From a virus (Duplodnaviria > Caudoviricetes), in the IMG/VR virus record IMGVR_UViG_3300022183_000017, positions 1 to 41,929 of that record: a stretch of DNA of 41,929 bases; one strand, 5' to 3'. Both the position numbers and the translations under genes were made by a program. Of this stretch, positions 1 through 8,663 are shown one piece after another. The stretch's first letter is position 1, and each line of letters starts with the position of its first letter. Under the pieces are notes generated by a model. The model saw nothing but the letters and a program-made list of their open reading frames with translations. It was not told where the DNA came from and did no database searches.

Positions 1-142
1 GGAAAAGCGGTTCATATCCACATGGCGGGTTATCGGCCTGTATCTTGGAAATGTCAGGCGTTGCCAAAGGGGAGGTTAAGCACATGACAGATGAAGGCAA
101 TGGGCTGTCTAAAGTATTAGGGATAGAGTAGGAGCTAAAAAC

Positions 143-601
143 ATGATTAGCCTATTAGGTAGTATATTAGGTTTCGGGACATCTTTTCTTCCAGAGGTTT
201 TAAACTTTTTTAAAGCGGGGCAAGAGCATAAGCAAAAACTGGAAACCATGAAAATGGAAGCCGAGCTTATGGAAAAAAGGTCTGCGCTAAAGTTACAAGA
301 ACTAGACAAACAGGCGGACATAGCGGAAACAAAAGGGATTTACGAGCATGACCGATCCATTGATGCAGGAGGCTTTGTTAATGGCTTGCGCGGTTCTGTA
401 CGCCCTGTCATAACGTATGCTTTCTTTTTGATGTTTGTAGCTACCGAAGTGGTAATTATTGTCAAAGTGTTAGAAACCGGTGGAGACTGGAAAGACGCAG
501 TAGGGTTAATGTGGACCCCGGAGTCACAAGGCTTGTTTGCTGCAATTATGTCGTTTTGGTTCGGTAACCGCGCTGTAAGCAAGTATATGAAGGGTAAGTA
601 A
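143..601 (+). CDS. Putative holin (3-TM, GTA-holin-like)
   Basis: Hydrophobic N-terminus, coiled coil, then 'VRPVITY' TM segment and C-terminal 'FWFGNR' motif; directly upstream of and coupled to the endolysin (TAATG overlap). Confidence 0.7.
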   Translation: MISLLGSILGFGTSFLPEVLNFFKAGQEHKQKLETMKMEAELMEKRSALKLQELDKQADIAETKGIYEHDRSIDAGGFVNGLRGSVRPVITYAFFLMFVATEVVIIVKVLETGGDWKDAVGLMWTPESQGLFAAIMSFWFGNRAVSKYMKGK

Positions 602-1113
602 TGGAAGCCAACTTTTTTAAAAGCCTTGAGATGGTACTGCATCACGAGGGCGGTTTTGTTTCTCACCCGGAAGATCCCGGCGGAGCAACTAACAAGGGTA
701 TTACGCATAAAACCTACGCGGATTTTTTAGGCCGCCCGTTAGAAGACGTTAGTGAGCTAAAAAACATCCCGGATGAGCATGTTCAGCTTATTTACAAGAG
801 CGGGTACTGGGACAAAGTAAAAGCCGACGAGCTACCGGGCGGCGTGGATTTCTGCGTGTTTGATTGGGCCGTGAACAGCGGGCCGAGCAGGGCGGCCAAA
901 GCACTGCAAAAGGCGGTGATGGTATCGCAGGACGGAGCTATCGGTCCGAAGACGTTAGCTGCGGTAAGTGAGATGACGCCGACAGAAATTATAGAAAGTA
1001 TTACAAAGCAGAGAATAGAGTTTTACAAAGGGTTAAGCACCTTTGATACTTTTGGCCGCGGATGGCTGCGTAGAACAAAAGAAACTCGTGACTTTTCATT
1101 AGCTATGGTATAA
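601..1113 (+). CDS. Endolysin, glycoside hydrolase family 108 with peptidoglycan-binding C-terminus
   Basis: HEGGFV..P.DPGG.TNKGIT catalytic motif, FDWAVNSG, DGAIGPKT and FGRGWLRR are typical GH108/PG_binding_3 motifs. Confidence 0.92.
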   Translation: MEANFFKSLEMVLHHEGGFVSHPEDPGGATNKGITHKTYADFLGRPLEDVSELKNIPDEHVQLIYKSGYWDKVKADELPGGVDFCVFDWAVNSGPSRAAKALQKAVMVSQDGAIGPKTLAAVSEMTPTEIIESITKQRIEFYKGLSTFDTFGRGWLRRTKETRDFSLAMV

Positions 1114-1145
1114 AAAGATATCAGACTTAATGCGGAGATATACGA

Positions 1146-1343
1146 GTGGATGAAATATATATAGCTGAAGCTGTTTTTCGGATTATCCGAGAGCGGCGGC
1201 AGGGTGTTCAAGACTTAGTTATTTACGACAACGTCTCGAACATGGAGCAGTATCGTGAGCTCATGGGGAACTTAAAAGCCCTAGATCACGTGGAACAGGA
1301 ACTCAAGGGCCTGCTAGATAAACAGGAGCGTAGCAATGACTAA
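1146..1343 (+). CDS. Small hypothetical head-module protein
   Basis: GGAG SD upstream of GTG; helical 65-aa protein overlapping the groES start. Confidence 0.7.
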   Translation: MDEIYIAEAVFRIIRERRQGVQDLVIYDNVSNMEQYRELMGNLKALDHVEQELKGLLDKQERSND

Positions 1344-1788
1344 AGCGCAAGAAATCAATCTTGACGGTGTAGCGGAGGGTGTCGCAAACCTCGCCTCGGC
1401 TTATGAGGATGTCACCGACAAGGTTTTGAACCCCGAGTCCATTGGTGGTTCACTCTTAGAACGGATGCCAGAACCGACAGGCTGGCGTCTGCTTATTTTG
1501 CCATATCGAGGAAAGGGTAAGACCGACGGCGGTATTTATCTTCCTGATGCAGTTGTGCAAGAGCAGACAGTATCCACACAGGTTGGCTACGTCCTAAAGG
1601 TAGGGTCGTTGGCTTACAAGGACGCCGAAAAATTTCCGGTGGGTCCGTGGTGTGAACAAGGTGACTGGGTAATGTTTGCCCGGTATGCCGGGTCTCGTTT
1701 TAAAATTGATGGCGGGGAAGTTCGTATCTTAAACGATGACGAAATTTTGGCTCGCATTAAAGAACCTGAAGATATTTTGCATTTCTAG
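1336..1788 (+). CDS. groES: Phage co-chaperonin GroES (Cpn10)
   Basis: PTGWRLLI, KTDGGIYLP mobile loop, VLKVG, GDWVMFARYAG, RILNDDEILA; acidic N-terminal extension. Confidence 0.92.
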   Translation: MTKAQEINLDGVAEGVANLASAYEDVTDKVLNPESIGGSLLERMPEPTGWRLLILPYRGKGKTDGGIYLPDAVVQEQTVSTQVGYVLKVGSLAYKDAEKFPVGPWCEQGDWVMFARYAGSRFKIDGGEVRILNDDEILARIKEPEDILHF

Positions 1789-1797
1789 GAGTGAACT

Positions 1798-2664
1798 ATG
1801 GAAGATCAAAAAGAAAATCAAATTGAGTTGGATTTGGACGATTCGCAAGAAACTGAGGTAGAGGTTTCTGGCGGAGAAGACGACTCGTCGCAGTCTGCGT
1901 CTGAAACCGATAATTTTGACAAAGCGGACAATGCCACGCAAAAGCGTATTGATCGTTTGACAAAGAAAATGCGTGAGGCCGAGCGCCAGCGCGAAGAAGC
2001 TATTAAGTTTGCTCAAGGCGTACAAAGCGAAGCTTCTCAACTAAAGCAGCGCATGGATGCTTTGGACTCAAATTACGTTAATGAGTACAGCAACAGGGTG
2101 GAAATCCAAACAACTTCGGCCGAAACCGATTTGGCCCGTGCGATTGAAATAGGCGACACCGCAGGGGTCGTAGAGGCGCAAAGAAGGATAACTCGTCTTG
2201 CTATAGAGCAGGATCGGGCTAATCAGGCCAAAATACAGCAGGCTCGCTATGCTCAGCAGGCTCAAGCTCAAGAGCAGGCGCGTTTGCGACAGCCTATGCC
2301 TCAACAACAGCCCCGTCGCCCAGATCCAAAGGCTGAGAGTTGGGCTCAAAGAAATAGCTGGTTTGGCGACGATGAGGCAATGACGTATGCTGCTTTTGGC
2401 GTACATAAAAAGTTAGTTGAAGACGAAGGGTTTGACCCGCAGTCCGATGACTACTATAATGAATTGGATCAGCGTATGCGGGCAGAGTTTCCGCATAAGC
2501 TAAACGGTGGTAGCAAACGGCCCGCTCAGACGGTTGCTTCCGTATCCCGCAATACATCTGGGCGCAGTAGTGGGAAAAAGGTTAGACTCACCCCTAGCCA
2601 AGTCGCAATAGCGAAGAAATTGGGTGTGCCGCTTGAAGAATACGCGAAATACGTGAAGGAGTAG
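1798..2664 (+). CDS. Putative capsid scaffolding protein
   Basis: Acidic N-terminus, long coiled coil (RIDRLTKKMREAER), C-terminal helix pair LTPSQVAIAKKLGVPLEEYAK; upstream of the capsid genes. Confidence 0.7.
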   Translation: MEDQKENQIELDLDDSQETEVEVSGGEDDSSQSASETDNFDKADNATQKRIDRLTKKMREAERQREEAIKFAQGVQSEASQLKQRMDALDSNYVNEYSNRVEIQTTSAETDLARAIEIGDTAGVVEAQRRITRLAIEQDRANQAKIQQARYAQQAQAQEQARLRQPMPQQQPRRPDPKAESWAQRNSWFGDDEAMTYAAFGVHKKLVEDEGFDPQSDDYYNELDQRMRAEFPHKLNGGSKRPAQTVASVSRNTSGRSSGKKVRLTPSQVAIAKKLGVPLEEYAKYVKE

Positions 2665-2669
2665 TTAGC

Positions 2670-3158
2670 ATGTCTGAAGAACAAAACGAAATGTTTGAAG
2701 GTTCTGTAAAACGATCTTCTCGCGCAACACAAACTAGGGAGAAGACGGCAAGGCGTAAGCCGTGGGCTCCCCCGTCTATGTTAGATGCACCGCCTGCACC
2801 GGATGGGTTCAAGCATCGTTGGATCCGGGCTGAAACCCGTGGTTTTGACGATACGAAGAACGTCAGCGCTAAAATGCGCGAAGGTTGGGAACTGGTTCGT
2901 AAGGACGAGTACCCAGACTTTGAGGCCCCGGTAGTCGAATCAGGGAAATACGAAGGTGTGTTTGGAGTAGGTGGACTTGTTCTTGCTCGTATCCCGGTTG
3001 AAACCATTGCCGAGCGGACAGCGTACTTTGCACAACGCAGCGCTGACCAGATGGAAGCGGTTGACCATGATATGATGCGTGAGAACGCACATTCAACCAT
3101 GACGATTAACAAACCTGATCGTCAATCTCGTGTAACCTTTGGCGGCCCACAGAAATAG
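2670..3158 (+). CDS. Hypothetical head-module protein
   Basis: Clear ORF with AGGAG SD, between scaffold and capsid genes; motifs WAPP..LDAP and GWELV. Confidence 0.75.
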   Translation: MSEEQNEMFEGSVKRSSRATQTREKTARRKPWAPPSMLDAPPAPDGFKHRWIRAETRGFDDTKNVSAKMREGWELVRKDEYPDFEAPVVESGKYEGVFGVGGLVLARIPVETIAERTAYFAQRSADQMEAVDHDMMRENAHSTMTINKPDRQSRVTFGGPQK

Positions 3159-3191
3159 TTTTAGGGTCGCCCTGATTAGGAGAAAACTCAA

Positions 3192-3842
3192 ATGGCAAAT
3201 CAAAATACTGCCTACGGTCTTCGTCCAATCGGGCTAGTTGGAAGTGGTGCTAATTCTACCGGTGTAACCGAGTACGAAATTGCTTCCAACAACACCAATG
3301 CCATTTTTCAATACGCTATTGTCACCCCTACGGCGGCTGGCGTTATTGATTATGCTGGCGCGACAAGCGGCGGCACAACACCGGCACTGGGAGTCCTGAT
3401 GGGCGTTCAATACCACGACTCAGTCCAGAAGAAGCCTGTATGGCTCAACTACTGGCCGGGTTCCGGTTCTGTCAGCGTAGACACAAACTACCCTGTTAAG
3501 GCGTTTGTAGCTGACAATCCAAACCAACTGTTCAAAGTCGCGTCTGACGCATCATTGACTGACCGTGCAACTGCACTGGCAGGCGTGTTTGCAAACGCTT
3601 CTCTGGGCACTTCAGCACGTACCGGCAGCACCAACACAGGGTCTGCAAACGGTGCACTTAGCGTGTCTTCAATTGCGGTAACGGCTACTCTGCCACTGCG
3701 TATCGTTGGCATCATGGATGATGCAGCAAACAACGACTACACAGCAGCAGGTATTCCGTTGATCGTTCGTTTGAACGCACATTTCAACGCCAACACAAGC
3801 CGTTTTGACTCGCAGACTACTGCGACCTCAACAGGCGTTTAG
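3192..3842 (+). CDS. Putative capsid decoration / minor capsid protein
   Basis: Strong SD (AGGAG), MAN..TAYGLRP start, A/G/S/T-rich beta-type sequence immediately before the MCP. Confidence 0.6.
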   Translation: MANQNTAYGLRPIGLVGSGANSTGVTEYEIASNNTNAIFQYAIVTPTAAGVIDYAGATSGGTTPALGVLMGVQYHDSVQKKPVWLNYWPGSGSVSVDTNYPVKAFVADNPNQLFKVASDASLTDRATALAGVFANASLGTSARTGSTNTGSANGALSVSSIAVTATLPLRIVGIMDDAANNDYTAAGIPLIVRLNAHFNANTSRFDSQTTATSTGV

Positions 3843-3857
3843 GAAAGGGGATAGAAA

Positions 3858-4772
3858 ATGGCTATTTCTCGCGCACAACTAGCGAAAGAGCTTGAGCCCG
3901 GCCTGAATGCCTTGTTCGGACTTGAGTACGACCGCTACGAAAATGAACACGCTGAAATCTTCGACGAAGAGTCTTCAGATCGTGCATTTGAAGAGGAAGT
4001 GATGCTCGGTGGGTTCTCAACAGCACCAACCAAAGGTGAAGGCGCAGCCATCACTTTTGACGATGCTCAAGAGACTTACACAGCACGGTACACACATGAG
4101 ACAATCGCTCTGGCATTCTCAATCACTGAGGAAGCTATCGAAGACAACTTGTACGACCGTCTGGCATCACGCTACACCAAAGCTCTGGCCCGTTCAATGG
4201 CTCAGACAAAGCAGATCAAAGCTGCCGCTATTCTGAACAATGCGTTCAGCGCAACCGGCGGTAATGCGATTGGCGATGGTGCAGCACTTTGTTCAAACGC
4301 TCACCCATCATTGTCCGGTAACCAGACCAACATTCTGGCTACTGCTGCTGACCTCAACGAGACTTCTCTTGAGCAGATGCTGATCGACATTGCGGGACTG
4401 ACTGACGAGCGTGGTCTGAAGATTGCTGTTCGTGGTACAAAGCTGATTATCCCGAAAGAACTGCAATTCATTGCAGAGCGGGTCATCAACTCAAACCTAC
4501 GTTCAGGTACAGCGGACAACGACACCAACGCAATGAAGAACATGGGTATGTTGCCAGAAGGGGCAGTGGTTAACCACTTCCTGACTGACACAGACGCATT
4601 CTTCATCAAGACAGATGCTCCAAACGGTTTCAAATACTTTAACCGTTCGCCAATCAAGACAGCTATGGAAGGTGACTTTGACACCGGAAATATGCGGTTT
4701 AAGGCACGTGAGCGTTACAGCTTCGGTGTTTCTGACTGGCGTTCTGTGTTCGGTACTCCGGGCGCAGCGTAA
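3858..4772 (+). CDS. Major capsid protein (Mu gpT-like, HK97 fold)
   Basis: MAISRAQLAKELEPGLNALFG...K.EG.AI..D...RY.HET.ALAF.ITEEAIEDNLY...RERYSFG.SDWR; followed by a strong terminator. Confidence 0.92.
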   Translation: MAISRAQLAKELEPGLNALFGLEYDRYENEHAEIFDEESSDRAFEEEVMLGGFSTAPTKGEGAAITFDDAQETYTARYTHETIALAFSITEEAIEDNLYDRLASRYTKALARSMAQTKQIKAAAILNNAFSATGGNAIGDGAALCSNAHPSLSGNQTNILATAADLNETSLEQMLIDIAGLTDERGLKIAVRGTKLIIPKELQFIAERVINSNLRSGTADNDTNAMKNMGMLPEGAVVNHFLTDTDAFFIKTDAPNGFKYFNRSPIKTAMEGDFDTGNMRFKARERYSFGVSDWRSVFGTPGAA

Positions 4773-4790
4773 ACATCTTTTACAGATGCG

Positions 4791-4822
4791 GAGAGGGCGG
4801 CAGTTGCCGCCCTCTCTTTTTT
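4791..4822 (+). terminator. Intrinsic terminator after the MCP gene
   Basis: Inverted repeat GAGAGGGCGGCA-GT-TGCCGCCCTCTC followed by T6. Confidence 0.9.
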
Positions 4823-4832
4823 GTTGTATAGT
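4804..4832 (+). promoter_or_regulatory. Sigma70-like promoter embedded in the terminator
   Basis: TTGCCG (4804-4809), 17 bp, TATAGT (4827-4832). Confidence 0.55.
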
Positions 4833-4836
4833 AAAT

Positions 4837-4888
4837 TTATCCCTGACAGCCGCGTGGTGCGGCTGACACTAGCCACGACAGGAGATAA
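4837..4888 (+). ncRNA. Structured cis-regulatory RNA downstream of the gpT-like capsid gene (candidate Mu-gpT-DE-like motif)
   Basis: Outer stem TTATC-CCTG / CAGG-A-GATAA encloses the SD; inner hairpin CAGCCGC-GTGGT-GCGGCTG; GCCACG (4872-4877) is complementary to CGTGGT (4853-4858). The location matches the described Mu-gpT-DE context; identity not verified. Confidence 0.55.
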
Positions 4889-4890
4889 TC

Positions 4891-5100
4891 ATGGCTCTAT
4901 CTACTTTTTCCGGTCCAGTGCGTTCGAACGCTGGTTTTCAAATCCCCGTTGTAGCCACCGCAGATTTGCCAGCTTTTGGCGATGTTGCTGTTGGAACCGT
5001 TTATATCGTTAGCGACAACGGCGCGGGCAACAACGAGTATTGCATCGTAATCAACACAGGTGCTGCTTGGGTAACTGCTGTTGGTGCCGCTCTTAGCTAA
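4891..5100 (+). CDS. Small virion/capsid-associated protein
   Basis: MA.STFSGPVRS..GF start typical of genes following this MCP type; AGGAG SD. Confidence 0.7.
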   Translation: MALSTFSGPVRSNAGFQIPVVATADLPAFGDVAVGTVYIVSDNGAGNNEYCIVINTGAAWVTAVGAALS

Positions 5101-5112
5101 TAGGAGGCCGCA

Positions 5113-5385
5113 ATGGCAGGTTCTGACGTAAAAGCGAAGCGTGTGACGGCAACCGGTTCTGCTGGTGTCGGCCCTGCGCGTATCCGTCAGATACAAGTTT
5201 TGACCACAACAGGCACTCCACGCTTAACCATTACCGACGGTAATGGCGGCGCAACGGTGCTTGATTTGGACTTTCTTGCGTCTGACTCACACTCAGTAAA
5301 CATTCCCGCAGAAGGTATTCGTGTTTCAGATATTTATGTATCTGCATTCACTGCTTGTACCGCTGTGACTGTTTTTTACAACTAA
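5113..5385 (+). CDS. Small beta-rich virion protein
   Basis: AGGAGG SD; alternating hydrophobic strands, IP.EGI motif, C-terminal VTVFY. Confidence 0.75.
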   Translation: MAGSDVKAKRVTATGSAGVGPARIRQIQVLTTTGTPRLTITDGNGGATVLDLDFLASDSHSVNIPAEGIRVSDIYVSAFTACTAVTVFYN

Positions 5386-5397
5386 ACGGAGGCTCGA

Positions 5398-6195
5398 ATG
5401 GCTCGTGAAGTTAGTTCCATATCAAGGGTAGGGACTTCAGAGCCGTTTGAGCTTCAAGTTGCCCGCGGCCAAATATCCTTCCATAAAACTGTTTTTAAGT
5501 TTGGTTACAACGCTGCTGTTGGAGCCACCAAGGAAACCATCTGGGAACAGGGCGGTTTATACGCTTATCCCGCATCAGCCACAGTAATGACTATATCAAG
5601 CAGTTCCGCTAATGACACTGCCGCAGGCACGGGTGCGAGAACAGTAGAAGTTTTTGGCCTAGACGCCGATTACAACGAAATAAACGAAGTTGTCACGCTT
5701 AATGGGCAAACTGCTGTTAACACCACAAAATCTTACCTACGAATAAATCGCGGCATTGTTCGCAGTGCAGGCAGTGGTGGCGCAAACGCTGGCACAATTT
5801 ACGCAGGAACAGGTACGGTTACATCTGGGGTTCCAGCTAATATTTACCTGACCATAAACGGGGATGGCGACAACCAAACATTGATGGGTCTTTGGACGGT
5901 TCCCACAGGATATACAGCATTCCTTACAAAAATGTCTTTATCCACAGGAACCTCTACCAACACCCAAGCCGTTTTGAATGCTAGTCTTGTAGCTAGACCA
6001 TACGGAGAAGTCTTTCAGATAAAAGAAAGATTTACTATTACAGATGGCGCACACGAACAGTTTTATACTTTTCCATTAAGGTTCACAGAAAAAACAGACT
6101 TAGAGATGAGAGCGTTTTCTTCTTCAGGCTCAGTTGACTTCAATGTGTCCGCGTCAATGGAGTTTATCTACATTCAAAACGGGGGTGACTTGTAG
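5398..6195 (+). CDS. Beta-rich structural protein, function unknown
   Basis: GGAGG SD; FKFGYN..V, SSS.NDT..GTGART, E.VTLNGQT.V motifs; 265 aa. Confidence 0.7.
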   Translation: MAREVSSISRVGTSEPFELQVARGQISFHKTVFKFGYNAAVGATKETIWEQGGLYAYPASATVMTISSSSANDTAAGTGARTVEVFGLDADYNEINEVVTLNGQTAVNTTKSYLRINRGIVRSAGSGGANAGTIYAGTGTVTSGVPANIYLTINGDGDNQTLMGLWTVPTGYTAFLTKMSLSTGTSTNTQAVLNASLVARPYGEVFQIKERFTITDGAHEQFYTFPLRFTEKTDLEMRAFSSSGSVDFNVSASMEFIYIQNGGDL

Positions 6196-6482
6196 TGGCT
6201 GAACGCAAAAAAGCCAAAATGCCTCCCCGCAACAAGAAGAATTTTCGCCCCACTGAAAAAGGAGCGGGGATGACTAAGGCTGGAGTAGCGGCGTATAGAC
6301 GCGCAAACCCCGGCTCAAAGTTAAAGACCGCTGTAACCGGCAAGGTCAAAAAAGGTAGTAAGGATGCAAAGCGTCGTAAGTCTTTCTGTGCGCGTTCTGC
6401 CGGACAAATGAAAAAATTTCCTAAAGCAGCTAGAGACCCAAACAGCCGTTTGAGGCAGGCCCGTAAAAGGTGGAAATGTTAA
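6195..6482 (+). CDS. Highly basic small protein (DUF6321-like)
   Basis: K/R-rich; G.MT.AG...Y...NPGSKLK and RRKSFCARS.G...PNSR..QAR.RW.C motifs. Confidence 0.7.
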   Translation: MAERKKAKMPPRNKKNFRPTEKGAGMTKAGVAAYRRANPGSKLKTAVTGKVKKGSKDAKRRKSFCARSAGQMKKFPKAARDPNSRLRQARKRWKC

Positions 6483-6483
6483 A

Positions 6484-6681
6484 ATGAGCAAGCCAACAGT
6501 TGCAGAACTAGACAAAAAGGTTGAGGTTATTCAGGCCGTTTTACATCGGTTGGAAAACAACCATCTTGCTCATATGCAAAAGGACATAGACCGTCTGGAT
6601 ATAAAGGTCTGGGCTATCCTTGGCGGCATTGCTCTGCAACTTGCGGCTACAGTAATAGCATTAGTGGCGGTGTTATCATGA
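6484..6681 (+). CDS. Small coiled-coil protein with C-terminal transmembrane helix
   Basis: Heptad N-terminus, NHLAHMQKD, then hydrophobic WAILGGIALQLAATVIALVAV. Confidence 0.7.
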   Translation: MSKPTVAELDKKVEVIQAVLHRLENNHLAHMQKDIDRLDIKVWAILGGIALQLAATVIALVAVLS

Positions 6682-6905
6682 CACGAGTTAATTTAGGCGC
6701 AGGCGCTTGTTCCGTTAGAAGAATGGCTAAAGGCGGCGTTGTTAAAATGAAGAAGGGCGGCACTATATGCCCTGAAGGTAAGGCGTGGGCAAAGCGCACG
6801 TTTGACACATATCCGAGTGCATACGCAAATCTCGCCGCCTCAAAATATTGTAAAGACCCTAACTACGCCAAAAAGTCTAAAGGTGGCAAACGAAAGGGTA
6901 AATAA
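6678..6905 (+). CDS. Small basic protein with two MxxGG motifs
   Basis: RRMAKGGVVKMKKGG followed by C..GK.WAKR.F..YPSAYAN..ASK.CK; coupled overlaps at both ends. Confidence 0.75.
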   Translation: MTRVNLGAGACSVRRMAKGGVVKMKKGGTICPEGKAWAKRTFDTYPSAYANLAASKYCKDPNYAKKSKGGKRKGK

Positions 6906-7291
6906 TGGGTAAATTACAGGAGTGGTTAGATGAGGATTGGGTCAGAATTGATAGCTCGGGTAATATTTCGGGTTCATGCGGTACGTCAAAAGATAAGCGT
7001 AACCCTGACCGTTGCCTTCCTAGACGTAAAGCTCAAAGTTTATCAAAAGCTGAACGAGCTGCGACAGCGCGTAAAAAGAAGCGTGAAGGAGCTAAAGGAA
7101 AGCAGGTTGTGGCAAACACTAAGGCTGCCAAAGTAAAGAAAATGGCTAATGGGGGCGTTGCGGGCTATGAAACTAAAGCGAAACGCAGGTTTCGTGGCAG
7201 CAGTATCCCCGGTACGGCTGTCGCGAGAGGTTGTGGCGCGGTTATAAACGGCAGAAGAAAGCGCACTAAAGGGTCAGTGTCACAAGCATGA
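6905..7291 (+). CDS. Basic protein (DUF5872-like) with MxxGG motif
   Basis: L.EW..EDWV.I...G.CG...RCLP..KA; KKMANGGV; C-terminal ARGCGAV. Confidence 0.7.
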   Translation: MGKLQEWLDEDWVRIDSSGNISGSCGTSKDKRNPDRCLPRRKAQSLSKAERAATARKKKREGAKGKQVVANTKAAKVKKMANGGVAGYETKAKRRFRGSSIPGTAVARGCGAVINGRRKRTKGSVSQA

Positions 7292-7875
7292 ATATGATTG
7301 TTTTCAACACCGGAAAAGAGCAACAAATCTGTGCAGAAATAATTGCGTGGACGGAGCACACGCTTAGTAAGCCTAATTCTTTTTACAACAACCTTCCGCC
7401 GTGCCCTTATGCACAAAAAGCTTGGACCGATGAAAAGGTAGCTTTACTTTTTAAATATGACGATAATATGCAGGTTTTGTATAGCACTTTATCTCAGTGG
7501 GAAGACAGTTTAGATTTAGTTATTATAGTAGACCTAAATTTTACAGAGGATCCTGACGTTTTTCACGATTACTTACGGGAGTTAAACGAAGCAATATCTA
7601 TGGGGGTCTTTATAGACCGGGATATGTGGGTCATGGGCTTTCATCCGCATGATGAAGCCAATGATTTCATAGACGACCAAAGCTTTATGCAGGTGATTGA
7701 CGATGAGTATGCAATGATTTTCGTGCAGCGTTTATCCAAGGTGCAGGAATCAGCAGACAAACTTGCGGAAAAAGGTTATTATGATAAGTATCTAGAAGAA
7801 TACAATGCTGAAGAAATTTTTCAGGAAAGAGCAGATCTTTACAGGAGATTAAAAAATGGCGATGAAACCACGTAA
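7288..7875 (+). CDS. Acidic hypothetical protein (DUF1415-like)
   Basis: I..W...PCPYA and MGFHP motifs reminiscent of DUF1415. Confidence 0.55.
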   Translation: MNMIVFNTGKEQQICAEIIAWTEHTLSKPNSFYNNLPPCPYAQKAWTDEKVALLFKYDDNMQVLYSTLSQWEDSLDLVIIVDLNFTEDPDVFHDYLRELNEAISMGVFIDRDMWVMGFHPHDEANDFIDDQSFMQVIDDEYAMIFVQRLSKVQESADKLAEKGYYDKYLEEYNAEEIFQERADLYRRLKNGDETT

Positions 7876-7993
7876 AATGATGAAAAAGGGCGGCGCAGTC
7901 AAGAAGATGCGCGGCGGCGGTATGGTAAAGAAGATGCGCGGTGGTGGCATGGTAAAGAAGATGCGCGGCGGCGGTATGGTAAAGAAGAAGTAA
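7856..7993 (+). CDS. 45-aa basic repeat peptide MAMKPRKMMKKGGAV(KKMRGGGMV)3KKK (not in ORF track)
   Basis: AGGAG SD at 7843-7847, ATG 7856, TAA 7991-7993, next gene starts at 7995; repeat copies differ only at synonymous Gly third positions. Confidence 0.85.
   Translation: MAMKPRKMMKKGGAVKKMRGGGMVKKMRGGGMVKKMRGGGMVKKK
7901..7981 (+). repeat. 27-bp tandem repeat x3
   Basis: AAGAAGATGCGCGGYGGYGGYATGGTA three times, plus a degenerate copy upstream. Confidence 0.95.
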
Positions 7994-7994
7994 G

Positions 7995-8663
7995 GTGGCT
8001 ACATCCGGCAGCACAGATTTTGAGTTAGACGTTTCCGATTACATTGAGGAGGCGTTTGAGCGCTGTGGTCTTGAGGTTCGTACAGGTTACGACCTAAAGT
8101 CTGCCAAGCGGTCGCTCAATTTAATGTTGGCTGAGTGGGCAAACCGTGGTCTAAACCAATGGACCATTGTTCAAAGAACACAGGCTCTGACACAAGGAAC
8201 GGGAAATTACGCTTTAAATAACGATGTTATCGACGTTTTATCGGTAATTGTGCGCCGTAGCGGAACTGACTATTCTTTAGATCGTCTTAGCCGAGACGAG
8301 TATTTGTCTATTCCGAACAAAACTACTGAAGGAAGAGCAAACCAGTTTTTCTTAGACCGTCAGGTAACGCCTGAGTTAAAGTTGTGGCCTGTTCCAGAAA
8401 ATAGCACAGATGTTGTGGTCTATGACGCCCTTACTCGCATGGATGACGCGGACACTTTTATCAACACGATGGATATGCCGTTTCGGTTTTACCCTTGCTT
8501 GGCAGCGGGCTTAGCCTATTACATAGCCGTAAAAAGAGCACCGAACAGAGTTCAGCTTTTGAAAGCTATTTATGAGGAAGAGTTTGAACGGGCCGCAACA
8601 GAAGACAGGGATCGTTCGTCCTTTAACGTAGTGCCGCAATACCAGTATTTTAGGACCACGTAA
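7995..8663 (+). CDS. Putative head-tail adaptor protein
   Basis: IEEAFERCG...SLNLMLAEW.N.G helical start and P.RFYP.L.AGLAYY C-terminal helices, an adaptor-like layout. Confidence 0.65.
   Translation: MATSGSTDFELDVSDYIEEAFERCGLEVRTGYDLKSAKRSLNLMLAEWANRGLNQWTIVQRTQALTQGTGNYALNNDVIDVLSVIVRRSGTDYSLDRLSRDEYLSIPNKTTEGRANQFFLDRQVTPELKLWPVPENSTDVVVYDALTRMDDADTFINTMDMPFRFYPCLAAGLAYYIAVKRAPNRVQLLKAIYEEEFERAATEDRDRSSFNVVPQYQYFRTT

Noticed and set aside
1-132. 3' end of an upstream gene, or micro-ORF at 85-132
   Set aside because: Two frames are open (stops ending at 88 and 132) and the correct one cannot be determined without upstream sequence.
3141-3171. Hairpin GGCGGCCC/GGGTCGCC across the stop of ORF 2670
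   Set aside because: Large loop and no U tract; not a convincing terminator, at most a stability or processing element.
7901-7981. Possible CRISPR or mini-array
   Set aside because: Repeats are contiguous with no spacers, are a multiple of 3 and vary only synonymously, so this is a coding repeat.
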